From Blasia pusilla (Eukaryota): a stretch of DNA of 64,000 bases. A model generated the notes under the pieces. The model was not told the origin of the DNA, did not search any database, and worked only from the letters and a program-made list of their open reading frames with translations. Position numbers and translations under genes: made by a program. Each line of letters begins with the position of its first letter. Positions within the stretch are counted from its first letter, which is position 1. Below are positions 1 through 11,869 of the stretch, piece after piece. Location: contig CM114271.1 of the NCBI GenBank assembly GCA_050084515.1, positions 124,001 to 188,000 on the forward strand, read 5' to 3'.

Positions 1-393
1 TATTTTTTTAATTGTTATATTTTGACGCATTCTTACTAGTAATATAGATATAAACTGCTTTTCCTCCCAAACGTTTAATCCTATTTCAACCCCTAAGCGC
101 CGGCGTCCAATGCTTGCTTCTCCGACCAGCGTCCGGGGAGAATAGGGTTTAAGGTTGACGTAACCGTTTCAATTTCTAAAAGCCGGCTAGATAGCCAACT
201 GGGATTAGAAAACTTCAACATAAATTCCGGGAGAAACTAGCAAGACCTGTCTCCGACTGCTTGAGGCAAGACCCTCCCCCTAGACCCTATCTCTTAGGCC
301 GATCTTAAACGTAATACTACTGTGGCTCATTCCACTCAACATGCCAATCATGGGAGGCCTTCAATACAACAACGCCTTCGATGAAGTCTACTT

Positions 394-2900
394 TTGGTGC
401 AGGTTGGTGAGTTTTCACGTGCAGCTCGAGCATTGGGTCCTCTTTCTCCGACGATTCCAAGTGCGGAAAAAGTGGCTCTCTTAGAAGCTCTTCATCCTCC
501 TTCAAGTGGCGATGCTCCATCTTTTGTGGAAGACTATACAACGGACCTTGACTTGAAGCTTGACTTGGAGGTTTTCACAAGGGCTTTTCTGCATACTCCT
601 CGCTTATCAGCAAGCGGGCTATCAGGGATGGTTTTGAGCATCTCCGCGATTGCTTTATCCCAGCAAATTCAGCAAGTGGCTTTGTCTCTCTATATAAGGT
701 GTGTGCACATATGGCGGCAGGTCGTCTCCCATTCTCTATCTCTAGGCTCTTAGGAGCTTGTTGTTTGTGGGCTATGGATAAGCCTCCTTTAGGTGTGCAA
801 CCTTTGGCTATTGGAGAGGTTTTATATCGCTTGGTTAGTCAATCCCTATGCTTGCAATTACGTCCTCACTTTAGTGCCCACTTATTTCCTCATCAATTTG
901 GAGTGGCAACTCCTAGAGGTTGTGGGTGTGGTGCATGGGATTCGCTCCACTCTTGATATTCATCGAGATTGGGTAGCAATTCAAGTCGATGTGGCTAACG
1001 CATTCAATTTAGTTTCTCATGCAGCCATCTTTGAGGAGTTCGTTGTGCAAGAGGACAACTTGCAAGCCTCATTCCATTTGCTTGCTCCTTCTATGTCGAT
1101 GATACGCCCATTATCTATTCCCATCATGCTACTGGGAATATAGTATTCTACAATCGGATGATCCCATGGGGGCCCAGTCTTTGCCATTGGCCATTTTCGT
1201 GCCCTTCGAGCATCAGCGCAAGCATTTCCATCTTGTCTTTTCCTTCTATTTGCTGATGACACTCACATTATAGGTCCTCCTTCTGAAGTGGTTCCTGCTT
1301 ATACCCATTTTGTGGAGCAACTCTCTTTCTTAAACCTTAAAGCCCAACCTAGTAAATGTGGAGTATGGTCTCCTTCATGCCTTCCCTCAACATTCATCCC
1401 ACCTACTCCTGATTTTCCCATCTACATTGAAGGGGTTAGAGTTCTTGGGGTCCCAATTGGCTTCATCGACTATGTCTCAAAGTTCTTCGATGAGACCCTT
1501 TTGAAAGACATGAAATGGCTTAATTTGTTACCTCATCTAGGGGATCCCCAAGTGGCATATGGGATTCTCTCCCAATATTTTCTACAATGTCCTTCCTACC
1601 TTCTTCGCACTTGTCCTCGCACTTCAAGGTTCTTACATCGGTTGGCCTCTTTTGATGCTTCTATCTTGGCAACTTTTGGTCAACTTCTTGGCCTGAATAC
1701 CTTTGAGGGAGAGGATGGTGTCTTTGTTTCACGACAAGCTATCTTGCCTATTTCTTTTGGAGGGGTGGGACTGTCCTCCACAGTCGTATCTGCTCCCGCA
1801 GCCTTTTTGGGGAGTTGGGCGTTGGTAGCACCGATTATGGCTTCAAGGTTTCTCCAAGGAGATATACTTATCTTGATGGATCATATCGCCCATGTAGAGG
1901 AGGGAGACTTCTTATTTCAACAATAACTGAGATCTGCCCGAGCTCTTCTTCCTCTTGCTACACAAGCAATTCTACCCCCTTTTAGTCAATTGATTACGGA
2001 AGGGCTTGATCAACTTCAAGAGCATATCTCCGAGAATCTGCATCAAATCAACTTTTCCAGCATTCTCTCCGAGGCATCCTCTGAAGCTAATTGAGCTCGT
2101 CTCGTTCATGTCGAGTACCGGAGCGGGGCGTGGCTTTCTTGCAAATCCTTTTATTCTTCCATTTTGTCTTCCTCGAAGTATAATCTCCAGCTTTGCGGTT
2201 ACTTCTCGGACTTCCCCATCCTTCTCTCTTAGATGTGTCAAATTGTGTATGTGGGGATCCCATTGATGCCAAGGGTATCCATATTCTCCGATGTGCATAT
2301 GGTGGAGAACGAACGGCCATACAAGATGCGATTAGAGAGGAGGTAGCATCGGTGGCTCATAATGCAAGATACACCGTTGGGCAAGAGCACCTCCACGTCC
2401 TACCTTCAACCACACAAGCAACCTCTCCTCGGAGAGTGGATCTTGTTATGTCTCAAGGTGGATTCCGGACACTAGGTGATGTGGTGGTTGGTGATCCAAC
2501 ACGTTATGACTTGGTGTGTCGAACCGCACATACCAAAGGTTTGACGGCCGAAGTTGCAGCAAGAATGAAGGAGTTAAGTTATGCCTAGACACGCGAGTGA
2601 TGGATTTATTCCTTTAGCAGTGGAAGTATTCGGTCATTTACATGTGTCTTTTGATACTTTCCTAAAAACATGTTCTTACCACTCCCTCAAGAATCATCAC
2701 CTTGCCCCTTACCTCTCGAGTAGCTACTACTTATTTTTGGCAATGCATCTCAGTGGCCTTACAACGTGCATAAGCCTTGGCATTGATACATTGTGCAGAG
2801 GTGGTGAGGGGTCGCTCGCCTTGTCGTCCATTCACGTCTGACCAACCACTGGTGTTCTTGTGAGATTTGTCTTAGGCTATCAATCGTGTAGCTCATTGAG
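394..2900 (+). mobile_element. Degenerate CRE-clade non-LTR retrotransposon (RT plus C-terminal restriction-like endonuclease), frameshifted; boundaries approximate
   Basis: Successive + ORF pieces carry RT motifs (PLAIGEVLYRL, PHQFGV, QVDVANAFN, FADD at ~1249-1260, VRVLGVPIG, GGVGL). These are followed by a CVCG..H..C zinc knuckle and a PD-(D/E)xK-like RLE (RRVDL..GDVVVGDP..AARMK..Y..FIPLAVEVFG). Confidence 0.88.
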
Positions 2901-3233
2901 CCGGTGTTTGCGTTGGCTTGTTGCCATTTTCTTTTTCATTCTTGTATGCATTTTTTGACTCCTCTTTTGAGTTGTTATTACCTTTCTTTGTCCTCTTCTC
3001 ACGTTTATTTTATAATAAAGTGGATATATCTTTAATGATGTTGTTTAGAAAATTGATGACACGCGGACCTTTCGTGCGTGACCACGCGTCAATTGGAGTC
3101 AATCCGTGAATGACAAAGAAGCAGGTAAGCCTTGTGTACGGGTGACGGATCTAAAGTTGATAGGCATGGGAACTACGACCATCTTTGCCAACTCAAGCAG
3201 TATAAAGCTTAGGTCGCGTCACCCACGCACGAT

Positions 3234-3600
3234 CCAAATATAAAACTTAAAAGGAAAGGGGATGGAAACCCATCAGGATACAAGACAACAAGACGAGAAT
3301 TCGATGAGAGAGAAGGAACAATGTGGATCCAACTACCTACCATTCCCGACGTCCCAATCGGGTGGGAGTCGGGCTTCAGTCGGCGATGGAAACGAGGATT
3401 GTAGGCAGGGCAGAGTCCACCCTGAGCTGCAATAGACCGTTCAGTCATGAATCCTACGATTTGGAGGAGACGGGAGGGCGCGGCGAAGCTTTACGGGATG
3501 GCGGCGGGGATGGGAAGGAGATTGATAGTGGGATGGAGGATGGAGGAGGTCGTGTGTTATATCAAAACGGAGATACCGACTTCCTCTATGTTTTGATCCG
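3234..3600 (-). mobile_element. Short non-coding retroposon-like element ending in a CRE-type 3' tail; 5' boundary uncertain
   Basis: The reverse complement ends ...tatcctGATGGgtttCCATCccc...aagttttatatt, the same 3' terminus seen on the CRE copy ending ~47490. It interrupts promoter-homologous sequence. Confidence 0.5.
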
Positions 3601-4174
3601 TAGCGTCAATCTTCTAGTGAAGTATTTTTCAGTTTATTTTGTTTTGTAGAGTTTTGTTGTTTTAGGGTTTCTCATTTAGGTATTAGGGTCCTCTTTGTTG
3701 TCTCGTTTTGTTGTAATGCTTTGAATGTTTCCAAGACAACTCATGTTGTTATTCCACACCACCCTTTTTTTTTTTCTCTTTGTCCTTATTCTGTAGCCAC
3801 ACACGTTCCTCCTTCACGTTTGACCCATATTTTTCTCCCTTATCCCACTCTATTCCCATCTATTTTTTCCATCTATTATTTTTCCATATCACTAGTACCT
3901 CCATACTATCTCTACATTATTTGGGAAGGAGTTGGGCCATATGTCATAGGTGAAGATGGTAGATGAGAGTTCATACTAGGGAGAGCATTTCCGTGGACGG
4001 GAAGAGAGTCGATTACCATTAGGGCGGTTGAATGGGGGTTGTGGGGCGGATTTTGGTGGGGTTTGTCTCTCGAGTTTGAGGGAGGGGGTCATGTTCTCTT
4101 CTTGGTGAGAGGTGTCCGTGCCTCGACCCGCATCGGCCCCTTGCGTAGGGGCTCGTGGGTCATCTAGCTAGGAT

Positions 4175-6822
4175 ATGAAATGCCCTTGTTGTCCCGAATT
4201 CTTCGCTTTTTCTGGAATTCGGAACCATTTAGGGGCTGAACATCCTCACTTTGATAGATTCGGATGGGTGGTTTCTCCAATCGATCATGGATGCTCACCG
4301 GTGCTTCATGCATCATCGCCCCCTCCCGAGGCATGGGAGTGGTTGAGGTCCCACCTTGGCAGCATCTTTGAGACCCGTTTTCCCTTCCCGAGGTTGTTTC
4401 ATAGGATTCCCCCTTGCTATTTGGGATGAGCTTTGCCACTCTTTCCTCCTTCCCTTATCTAGGATCGCACTTGATCCTATGGATGAGCTCTCGTGGTATC
4501 TACTACCTCTCCTTCCACGATGGTATCTTCACTATACCCGAGGAGGGAAGGCTGGCCATAGAGAGGTTGTGGCCCGATTGCGGCGCTTCCGAGGAGGTGA
4601 TTGGGAGTCTCTGCAGAGTGAGTTCGTGGCATATGCTAGAGGTAGCACTCCACGTGGTTTCCCAATAGATGATCTTGTAGCTCCCAGATTGCGACGATGT
4701 AGGAGACTTGGGCGAGCCAGGGAGTACTCGCGAGCGGCTCGTGCGCTCCGCCCTATGGATATGGCTCCTCCTTCTGCTGTTACCATCGACGCCCTCCGGA
4801 GGCTACACCCTCGTCTAGTGGTTGACATCAAACAACATTTGTACATGACTTCCATCCTGACACGACCTTATGCCTAGACCCATCCCTCTTTCCACGGGCA
4901 CTTGGGCGTTCCCCTAGGATAGTAGCTGGAGGGTTGTCCGGTATGATGTACGAACACCTTGGTGATTTCTTTCCCTCCGAGGACTCTGCTAGCGGCTTTT
5001 TTGAGTTGCTTCAGGTTGCCTCTCACCTAGCTCATGGGAGAGTTCCAACAGTAGTAGCCCAGGTATTGGGGGCGGGGCGACTTTTGGCATAATCGAAGGA
5101 GGGTGGAGGGATCCGTCCGATTGCCATAGGGGAGGTGCTCTTGCGGTTGGTGAGTTGCACTATCGCTTTGCAGTTCCGTGAGGCTTTCCAGTCACATCTG
5201 AGTCCGCACTAGTTCGGAGTTGCTACGTGAGCTGGTTGTGAGGCTGTAGCCTTAGGTTTGAGGGCTTGTTTAGATATACATCCCAAGTGGGTGGTTCTCC
5301 AAGTTGATGTGGAGAACGCCTTTAACTCACTGTATCGGGCAGCTATCTTCACGGAGCTGAGAGACGCAAGGGGTCCCATAGCGAGCCTGATTCCCTTCGT
5401 GCATGCTTTTTATGGGGCTCCCTCGGCTCTCTATTTTCACCACGGTAGGTTCGAGGAGGAGGTCACGGTCTTGGAGTCTGCTATTGGGACGCGTCAGGGT
5501 GATCCCTTGGGTGGTGCATTGTTTGCTTTGGCTCATTATCTAGCAGTTCTTTCTACTGTGGAGGCTTTCGTGGGTTGCATTTTCCCTTCTTTGGCACATG
5601 ATACTCACATTGTCGGCCCTGGAGACTTGGTTGTTCCTGCATTTCAGCACTTTTCAGCACAGTTGGCACACATCGGCCTTGCGGTGAAGGTGGGAAAGTG
5701 CAAGGCATGGTCTTCATTAGGCTTGTCAGCATATATTCATTTACCCGACGGTATTTTGACACCTGCTCAAGGGCTTCGCGTCTAGGGAGTCCCACTCGGG
5801 AGCCAAGACTTTGTATCGAGTTTTATGGCGGCGGCTCTTACCCGGACGAGGATATCCCCATGGAGGTTCGGGCCCGTATTCGCTCTTGCTCCGGAAAGGG
5901 GGCAGGCTCATGGGTGGGGGCTCGTCCCCTAATCCCGGTTTTCCGCATCGCACCACTTACCTACACTACAGCGATGAGGTTCCGACTGGGCCTGCCCCAA
6001 CCAACGGGGGTTGGTTCGACACATTGCGAGTGTTGCTGGAGTCTGGATCCACTTGGTGTGCATTTGGCACGATGTCCAGTTGGGGGTGAGAGGATAGCCA
6101 CTCACGATGCAGTGCGGGATATTATGTTCTCTATTGCTCGGGAGAGTGGATTCCATGTACAAAGAGAGAGGCACTACTCCATACAAGATTCCCTTATCCG
6201 TGCTGATCTCTACATGACGAGGGAGTCTGAGGTGGTGGTAGCGGATGTTGTAGTGACGGATCCTATGCGGGAGGCGGTGCGAGCCCAAGTGGTAGCACAA
6301 GGAAGATTGCTACAAGGAGCGGCGGCGGCGGTCAAGAAGACCCACATTTATAGTCGACTTCATGACAGACATCGATTTATCCCCCTAGCCATTGAAATGT
6401 ACGGGGCGATGGGGGAGAGGATTGACTCGTTCCTTACGGATTGCGCCCATCATCTCCAGTCAAGAAATGGATTGTCCTTAGCCACTGCGATATTTTATTG
6501 TAGGCAACGGGTCTCCATAACTTTGCAGCGCGCCCAGGAAAATGGGCTTTTGCGGCGGGCTCAGGCGGCGGTTGGAGACGCCAATGCTAGAGGCCCACTT
6601 AGTAGGAATCATAGTTCTCTAAGTCTAGGTTTTGTTGATATTGTCTATGCTGTTGGTGATTTTGGTGGTTAGAGGGAGGCCCCCTTCTTCTTTCTCCGGG
6701 CCGGGTTCCGTTGGGCATATGGGTTTCCCATCCTTTTTCTACATATATATTTTATTTCATCATGATTAAAAAAGGGGCATAAAGATACAAATAAGGGGCC
6801 ATAGAAAAAAAAAAAAAAAAAA
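4175..6822 (+). mobile_element. Degenerate CRE-clade non-LTR retrotransposon with N-terminal C2H2 finger, internal deletion and poly(A) tail
   Basis: CPCC..H....H finger at 4175. RT motifs QVDVENAFN, RQGDPLGGALF and LAHD (decayed YADD). CEC..H..C knuckle with RADL..ADVVVTDP and FIPLAIEMYG endonuclease. In-frame stops are present, the thumb region is missing near 5850 relative to the first copy, and an A-run lies at ~6805-6822. Confidence 0.9.
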
Positions 6823-6846
6823 CCGAAGCCCCGAATATAAGGTCCG

Positions 6847-6950
6847 AATATAAAACTTAATAGAAAAGGGATGGAAACCCATCAGATACATAGAATAAGA
6901 AGACAGAAGGACGTCCCCTAGAAGAGACCTCCCCTAACGACCAAAATCAC
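6847..6950 (-). mobile_element. Inverted 3'-terminal fragment of a CRE element
   Basis: The reverse complement reads ggtgattttggtcgtt...gatgggtttccatccc..ctattaagttttatatt, matching the CRE 3' ends at ~6655-6740 and ~47344-47485. Confidence 0.7.
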
Positions 6951-7087
6951 CGATCTACCCGGAGTTGCTTGCTTGGACTCCATCACAGTCATCAGACGCG
7001 TGACTGACGGACGCTTCAGGCTGTGGGGGGTATTATATGGACAGGTTCTAAGCCTAGAAATTTGGATGAACAGGTCATGGGGTTCGA

Positions 7088-7145
7088 AAGTCAATTTTGA
7101 CCGATCACACGGACGCCAATACGCATAGCTCCACAGTTTATAAGC
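7088..7145 (+). promoter_or_regulatory. Proximal promoter of secreted-peptide gene 1: paired W-box-like site and TATA box
   Basis: AGTCAATTTTGACC at ~7089-7102 has W-box cores on both strands. TATAA at 7139-7143 is conserved at 12460 and 26638 in the paralogues. Confidence 0.55.
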
Positions 7146-7290
7146 CCAGAGGCGAGCACTGCCTTTCACATCTCAAGCCGATCCCTCGAGAACGATCTAT
7201 CTCTCTGAGAACTTCATTTCTTCGCTAGATAACGCAATCCTTGCGATCGACTTACATTCTCTCATCGATCTCCAGCGCTAGCAGTCGATC

Positions 7291-7599
7291 ATGGCCATCT
7301 TACGAGTTCTCTGTGTGGCACTGCTACTCGCAGCATTGACCGAAGCTGCGAAGATTGAGACGTTCAATTCGGCCAGCTGTGATGGTAATCCTACCAACAC
7401 CTTCTTGGTGGGAGGCAATACCTGTCAAATATTCAATGACCAGGGCGCAGTTCGCATCACCGAAGTCAGCGGCGACACCCGAGTGTCCATCCATAACCAG
7501 CAGGATTGTGAGCAGTACAGTAGTGTGGCGCAAATCTATGGACCGGGCTGTGTTGTGCAAGGCAGAACCGCGCTGCGCGCCGTCTGGATTCAGGGTTGA
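7291..7599 (+). CDS. Secreted 4-Cys small protein, MiAMP1-like antimicrobial peptide family (copy 1)
   Basis: Intact 102-aa ORF with a hydrophobic signal peptide ending TEA/AK. Mature motifs F....C, HNQ..C and C-terminal VWIQ resemble MiAMP1 (W....C, YNQ..C, IFIQ). A TATA box lies upstream and paralogues are present. Confidence 0.9.
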   Translation: MAILRVLCVALLLAALTEAAKIETFNSASCDGNPTNTFLVGGNTCQIFNDQGAVRITEVSGDTRVSIHNQQDCEQYSSVAQIYGPGCVVQGRTALRAVWIQG

Positions 7600-10404
7600 A
7601 GAACTTAAGGTGTGGTACTTGCTGTCTGAATCGTATTGTCTGCGCTGCGCTTTTAGTTCCTTGACTAAAAGCGCTAAATGACTGCAACTCAACGTATCAC
7701 AGATTGTCTGCAAGACATGTATAGTTGCGCATGCTGTAGATAATTCTGCTCCCATCGTTTCTCTATTCTCACCATGCTCGAATCGGTTTGGATCCGTCAT
7801 TTCATGGATCGTTTGGTTGCGTGCAGGGCACAGTTGGGATCAAGTAAGCTGCGAGAAGTGCCGATATGCGACAAGAAACAAGGCAGATGTGTAGACCGTT
7901 CCATGGGCATGCACCAAGTTCGCAATGCAGCTGAACTTAGCGCTAAATCTCACAGATGACCTAGAACTTTCACACTCCATTCGAAGTCCTTTTCTTGTCG
8001 GCAAAGATGTAACTATTTTATGTGAATCTCCGCATGGGCTGGTCAAGCCGACATAAATAATATACAACCCAAGTATTCATATTCACACTTTCGTATGTGG
8101 CATGGTCGCACGCGTAGAACGCGAAAAGAAAAAGACTGGAGAACTTTGAAAGTTGTACAGACACATTTGAGTTTCATTTGGAAATTCTGTCATTGGGCTG
8201 AGCAGATTACCATGCATCATCGCACGCTGATGGCCAGCTGGCTTGTTCTCGAATCGCATGATCCTCAACTGTCAAATGACAACATAGGTAGAAACGGTGT
8301 CAAGGAAAATCAAATCAATCCTGGAAACTGCATGGAAAGGATCGGCTCTAACAAGTCAAAGTCAAGACATTCCGTTGAATAGCATCAGTTGTAATGAGAG
8401 CTCTGTCGACTAAGTTAAATTTGTGGCTATTATTCCTGATATAGCGGGGTTGGCACTCTTTAAGAAAGCTTGCTTTCATCTCCAGCTAGGCTTCCCAACA
8501 AGTTGGACTTGATCTACTGATTCTTCTTCTTTTTCTTCGTTGGTCACGGGCCTGACAAAACTTCCGAGTACTATCGTAGTATCCTGGCCCGGCATTTTTG
8601 TTTTGTTGAAGATCGCCTTCCAAGTTCTCAGTCTGGAATCTTGTTTCCGGCAGGGATATGTGACAAAACATCAGGGGAGCAGCAATTCATTTTGTTCAAG
8701 GTCGACTTCCAAGTTCTCCGTCTAGAATCTGGAAGTTTGTCTCCGACCGGGTTATGTGACAAAACATCGGGGAAGCAATACTTCAGTCTTAGAAGTGTTT
8801 TATTTCATCAAATGCATGTTCATGTAATGAACCGTAAAAACGGATCACTTTATGACATGAATTATGGTCAAAAAACATCCCACATACGTGTGAACTTTGA
8901 AGTTTTTCCTCTTACGCTCAATCCAAATATAGAATCCAAATCAACAATGTCCGGGAGAAGATTAGCTGCGATTCAAAGTTTAACTGTTCAACTTTGTATT
9001 AATATCTGTTTAGCCTGGAACGGCTTCGAAAATCTCGGGTTTGTAGAGACCGGAAATGTACCGGTTGTCACGAAAAAACTCCCCGGACACTGCTGTTCAA
9101 CGTAGAGCCACGGCTATCTATGGGTGTCGGCCTCACTGGGTGTCAACTTTGAATCTTTGAGCCGCACCTAGATTGCGACAACCTTAAAGTCGACGCCCGG
9201 TCGGGCAAGGTAAGATTCATAAGAATAGAGGAGGGTCGTCGACTATTATTGGTCTACTATTTTGTGTGAGGACTCAGTCACACTCTTTGTCTACGTAGTG
9301 TAAAGTGAACGTTGGTTTCGAATAGATGTGGACGTCAATTCATGGGAAAAACGTACTGCCCGGGCATACCAAACTTGGAAAGTACAAAATGAGGCAAAAG
9401 TGGGATTCATTGCATCGGATAACATAAGTCATTGGATAGAAGTAATATGCAGACATACAACAATAACAATACATATAACCGTGATACTGCCCTTAAGAGT
9501 TAGTTTCTTTCACGCATCTGGACTTCATTTTTCTCTTACATTAGTAAATCACCAAGCCTTCTTCTAGTTAACAGGATTTGGTTCATTATAGACAGCAGTG
9601 AGAAATGTCTTAATATTTGAAAAATGATTGTCACCGAGCCTGTCACTGTTTCAATTTGTAGTTTCAAAATGTGGCGAATATCAACGGTCGGTTCACAAAT
9701 CGTAAGTTTAAACTCTGAGAAATCGTAAGTTGAAAGTGTGAGAAATAGAAAGACTTCCGTATCTTGATGGGGTTGGTTAAGAACATGGTAATCCATGAAA
9801 GTCTGAATCTGAATATGACAAAATTGGAAGATATAGTACAAGACAAGGTGTAATACAAATTATAAAAGAAGAATATTCGGTTCATGATATAAGACCAGAC
9901 CTGAAATCGACCCATCAAGAGGAAATTCACTAGGGGCGACCATTTTTCTTCCCCGATATTTCTCAAAGATCACTCTTCACCTACTTCTTGACCTTAGTCA
10001 CCTTACTACTTGTCTCGTCGAAATTTCACCGCAACTACTATGATTTTCTACTCTATTTAATTCTTTTGTTATTTCCTGTTTCAATTTTTTGTTTTACGAA
10101 ATTTCTAAGTGGAACCGTAATTTGGTAGCTTTCAATAAAGAGGTTTGATTGACGGATCCCAACTCTTAACTTATTAATGTCCGCCATGATGATGAATATT
10201 TCCGGTTTCGACGGGGCCCTACAAGGAGCGGCTGAGTTTATAATCGAATTCATGACAAACATCAATTTATCTTCCTAACCATTGAGATGTACCATAGAAA
10301 TGTACGAATTTCTACGAAATGTGGTTTGACTCGATCTTTACGAATTTCGCTCAACATCTCCGGTCCAAAAATGGGTTGTCCTTAACCACTCTATTCTTTA
10401 TTGT

Positions 10405-10515
10405 AGGGTCTCCATAGCTTTGGCAAATAGGCTTTTGGGAGAGGCGCACGCGGTTGGAGACGCCAATGCTGGAGGCCCACTTAGTAGTAGCTATAGTGCT
10501 CTAGGTCTTGCTGAA
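10405..10515 (+). mobile_element. CRE element 3'-region fragment
   Basis: gggtctccatagcttt...ggttggagacgccaatgctggaggcccacttagtag is nearly identical to 6509-6630. Confidence 0.75.
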
Positions 10516-11869
10516 CTTCCTTGTGTCTCTTACGGGCCTTGTCATGCGCATACACATCCCTGGTTATATCTACACACCACACAACATTGACCTTTCCCAA
10601 TATACGAATAGATCCACACATAAACAAAATATACTAAAGGGAAAAAGGGACCCCACAACAAAAGAGTATTAAAAACGGCTCATCCCACCTAAAACTCCAC
10701 TCATGAACATACGTCGACATATCCAACCACATCGACCCTCTGTTATGAGGGAATCCGAACGCTAACACCCTAACTCTTACACACCCACACACACACGTCT
10801 ATGCAAGAGAGGCGCTTCTAAGGTTGAACATGAGAAAGATGGCTTGAGAAAGCCATCTCTCTCACTATTATACCCTTAGGAAGAGCCAAAAGGTTCTTCT
10901 CCCAAAAATAGCCCTACCAACGATAATTCCGGGTCACGCAAAATAAAACAAAACTAATATAATTTTTATAAACGACGTTCCGAACACAACAGACCTATCG
11001 CCAACCTCATCGAACATCTCGGGACGAAATTACACCAAACATGCCCTCGACTCTCTATGTCATCCATGCCACAAAATTCGACTTATACTATTAAAATAAA
11101 ATGTGACCACTATTAAAATAAAATGTGACCACTTTTCCTTCTCTCTAGGCCCTTTCTTGGTGTCCTTTCCATCGATTTTCCATCGTAGTTTCTATTAAAA
11201 TTCCTATTTTGTGTTTCCCACTCTTTCCGGTTGGTTCTAGTGATCGGAAAGAGAAAATATGAATTTAATAGAGAGTCATAACAAATACAAAGGAGTATGT
11301 GCCTATACCGTATTTGGAAATGTCCAAATTCTCGCGGCTCGGTTCAATACGGTTCTCCCCGGACATCGTTTCGGATAGGGCAGAAGGCGATGTGCCGGTT
11401 CCCACGAAAGTTCTACCCCAAAAGAGCATGTGTAGCTATTATTTATGGTGGTAGCACCAGTCAGGAATTCGGAATTTTTTCTGGGACGCTATTCCGTTTC
11501 TTTTGTCTTCCAGTATTCCACTACCATCGCTTTAAGAGCATTTTTTACTCATGGGAAATATGAAGGTATTCCGTTTATTTTATCTGATGAATCCGGGTTT
11601 CATTACTTTTAAAAGTTTAACTTTTTTGAAAATATACGTTCTTTTTTACGTCTTTAAAATATATATGAAGGAAAGGTCGGTCTGGTCGACCCTATAAAGC
11701 AGCACTTCAAAAGCGATAACTTTTGAAGTTTTCCCCGCTTAGGTCAGGTATTGTAAAAGGAGACCAATATATTCCCTCGGTTTTTCCCCGTCTATGCGGA
11801 AATTCAATTGGCTAAGTCAAGCCCGGTTCTCTCCCGAAGTTGCCCGGTTCTCCCTCGAAGTATCTAATG

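Noticed and set aside
7324-7800. Antisense and alternate-frame ORFs overlapping the peptide genes (also at 12645, 12676, 26823, 26854)
   Set aside because: These are shadow ORFs with inconsistent ends between copies, and they are not conserved in copy 4.
8615-8780. ~90-bp tandem duplication and 154-aa ORF 8641-9105
   Set aside because: A simple local duplication; the ORF has a non-ATG start and no motifs.
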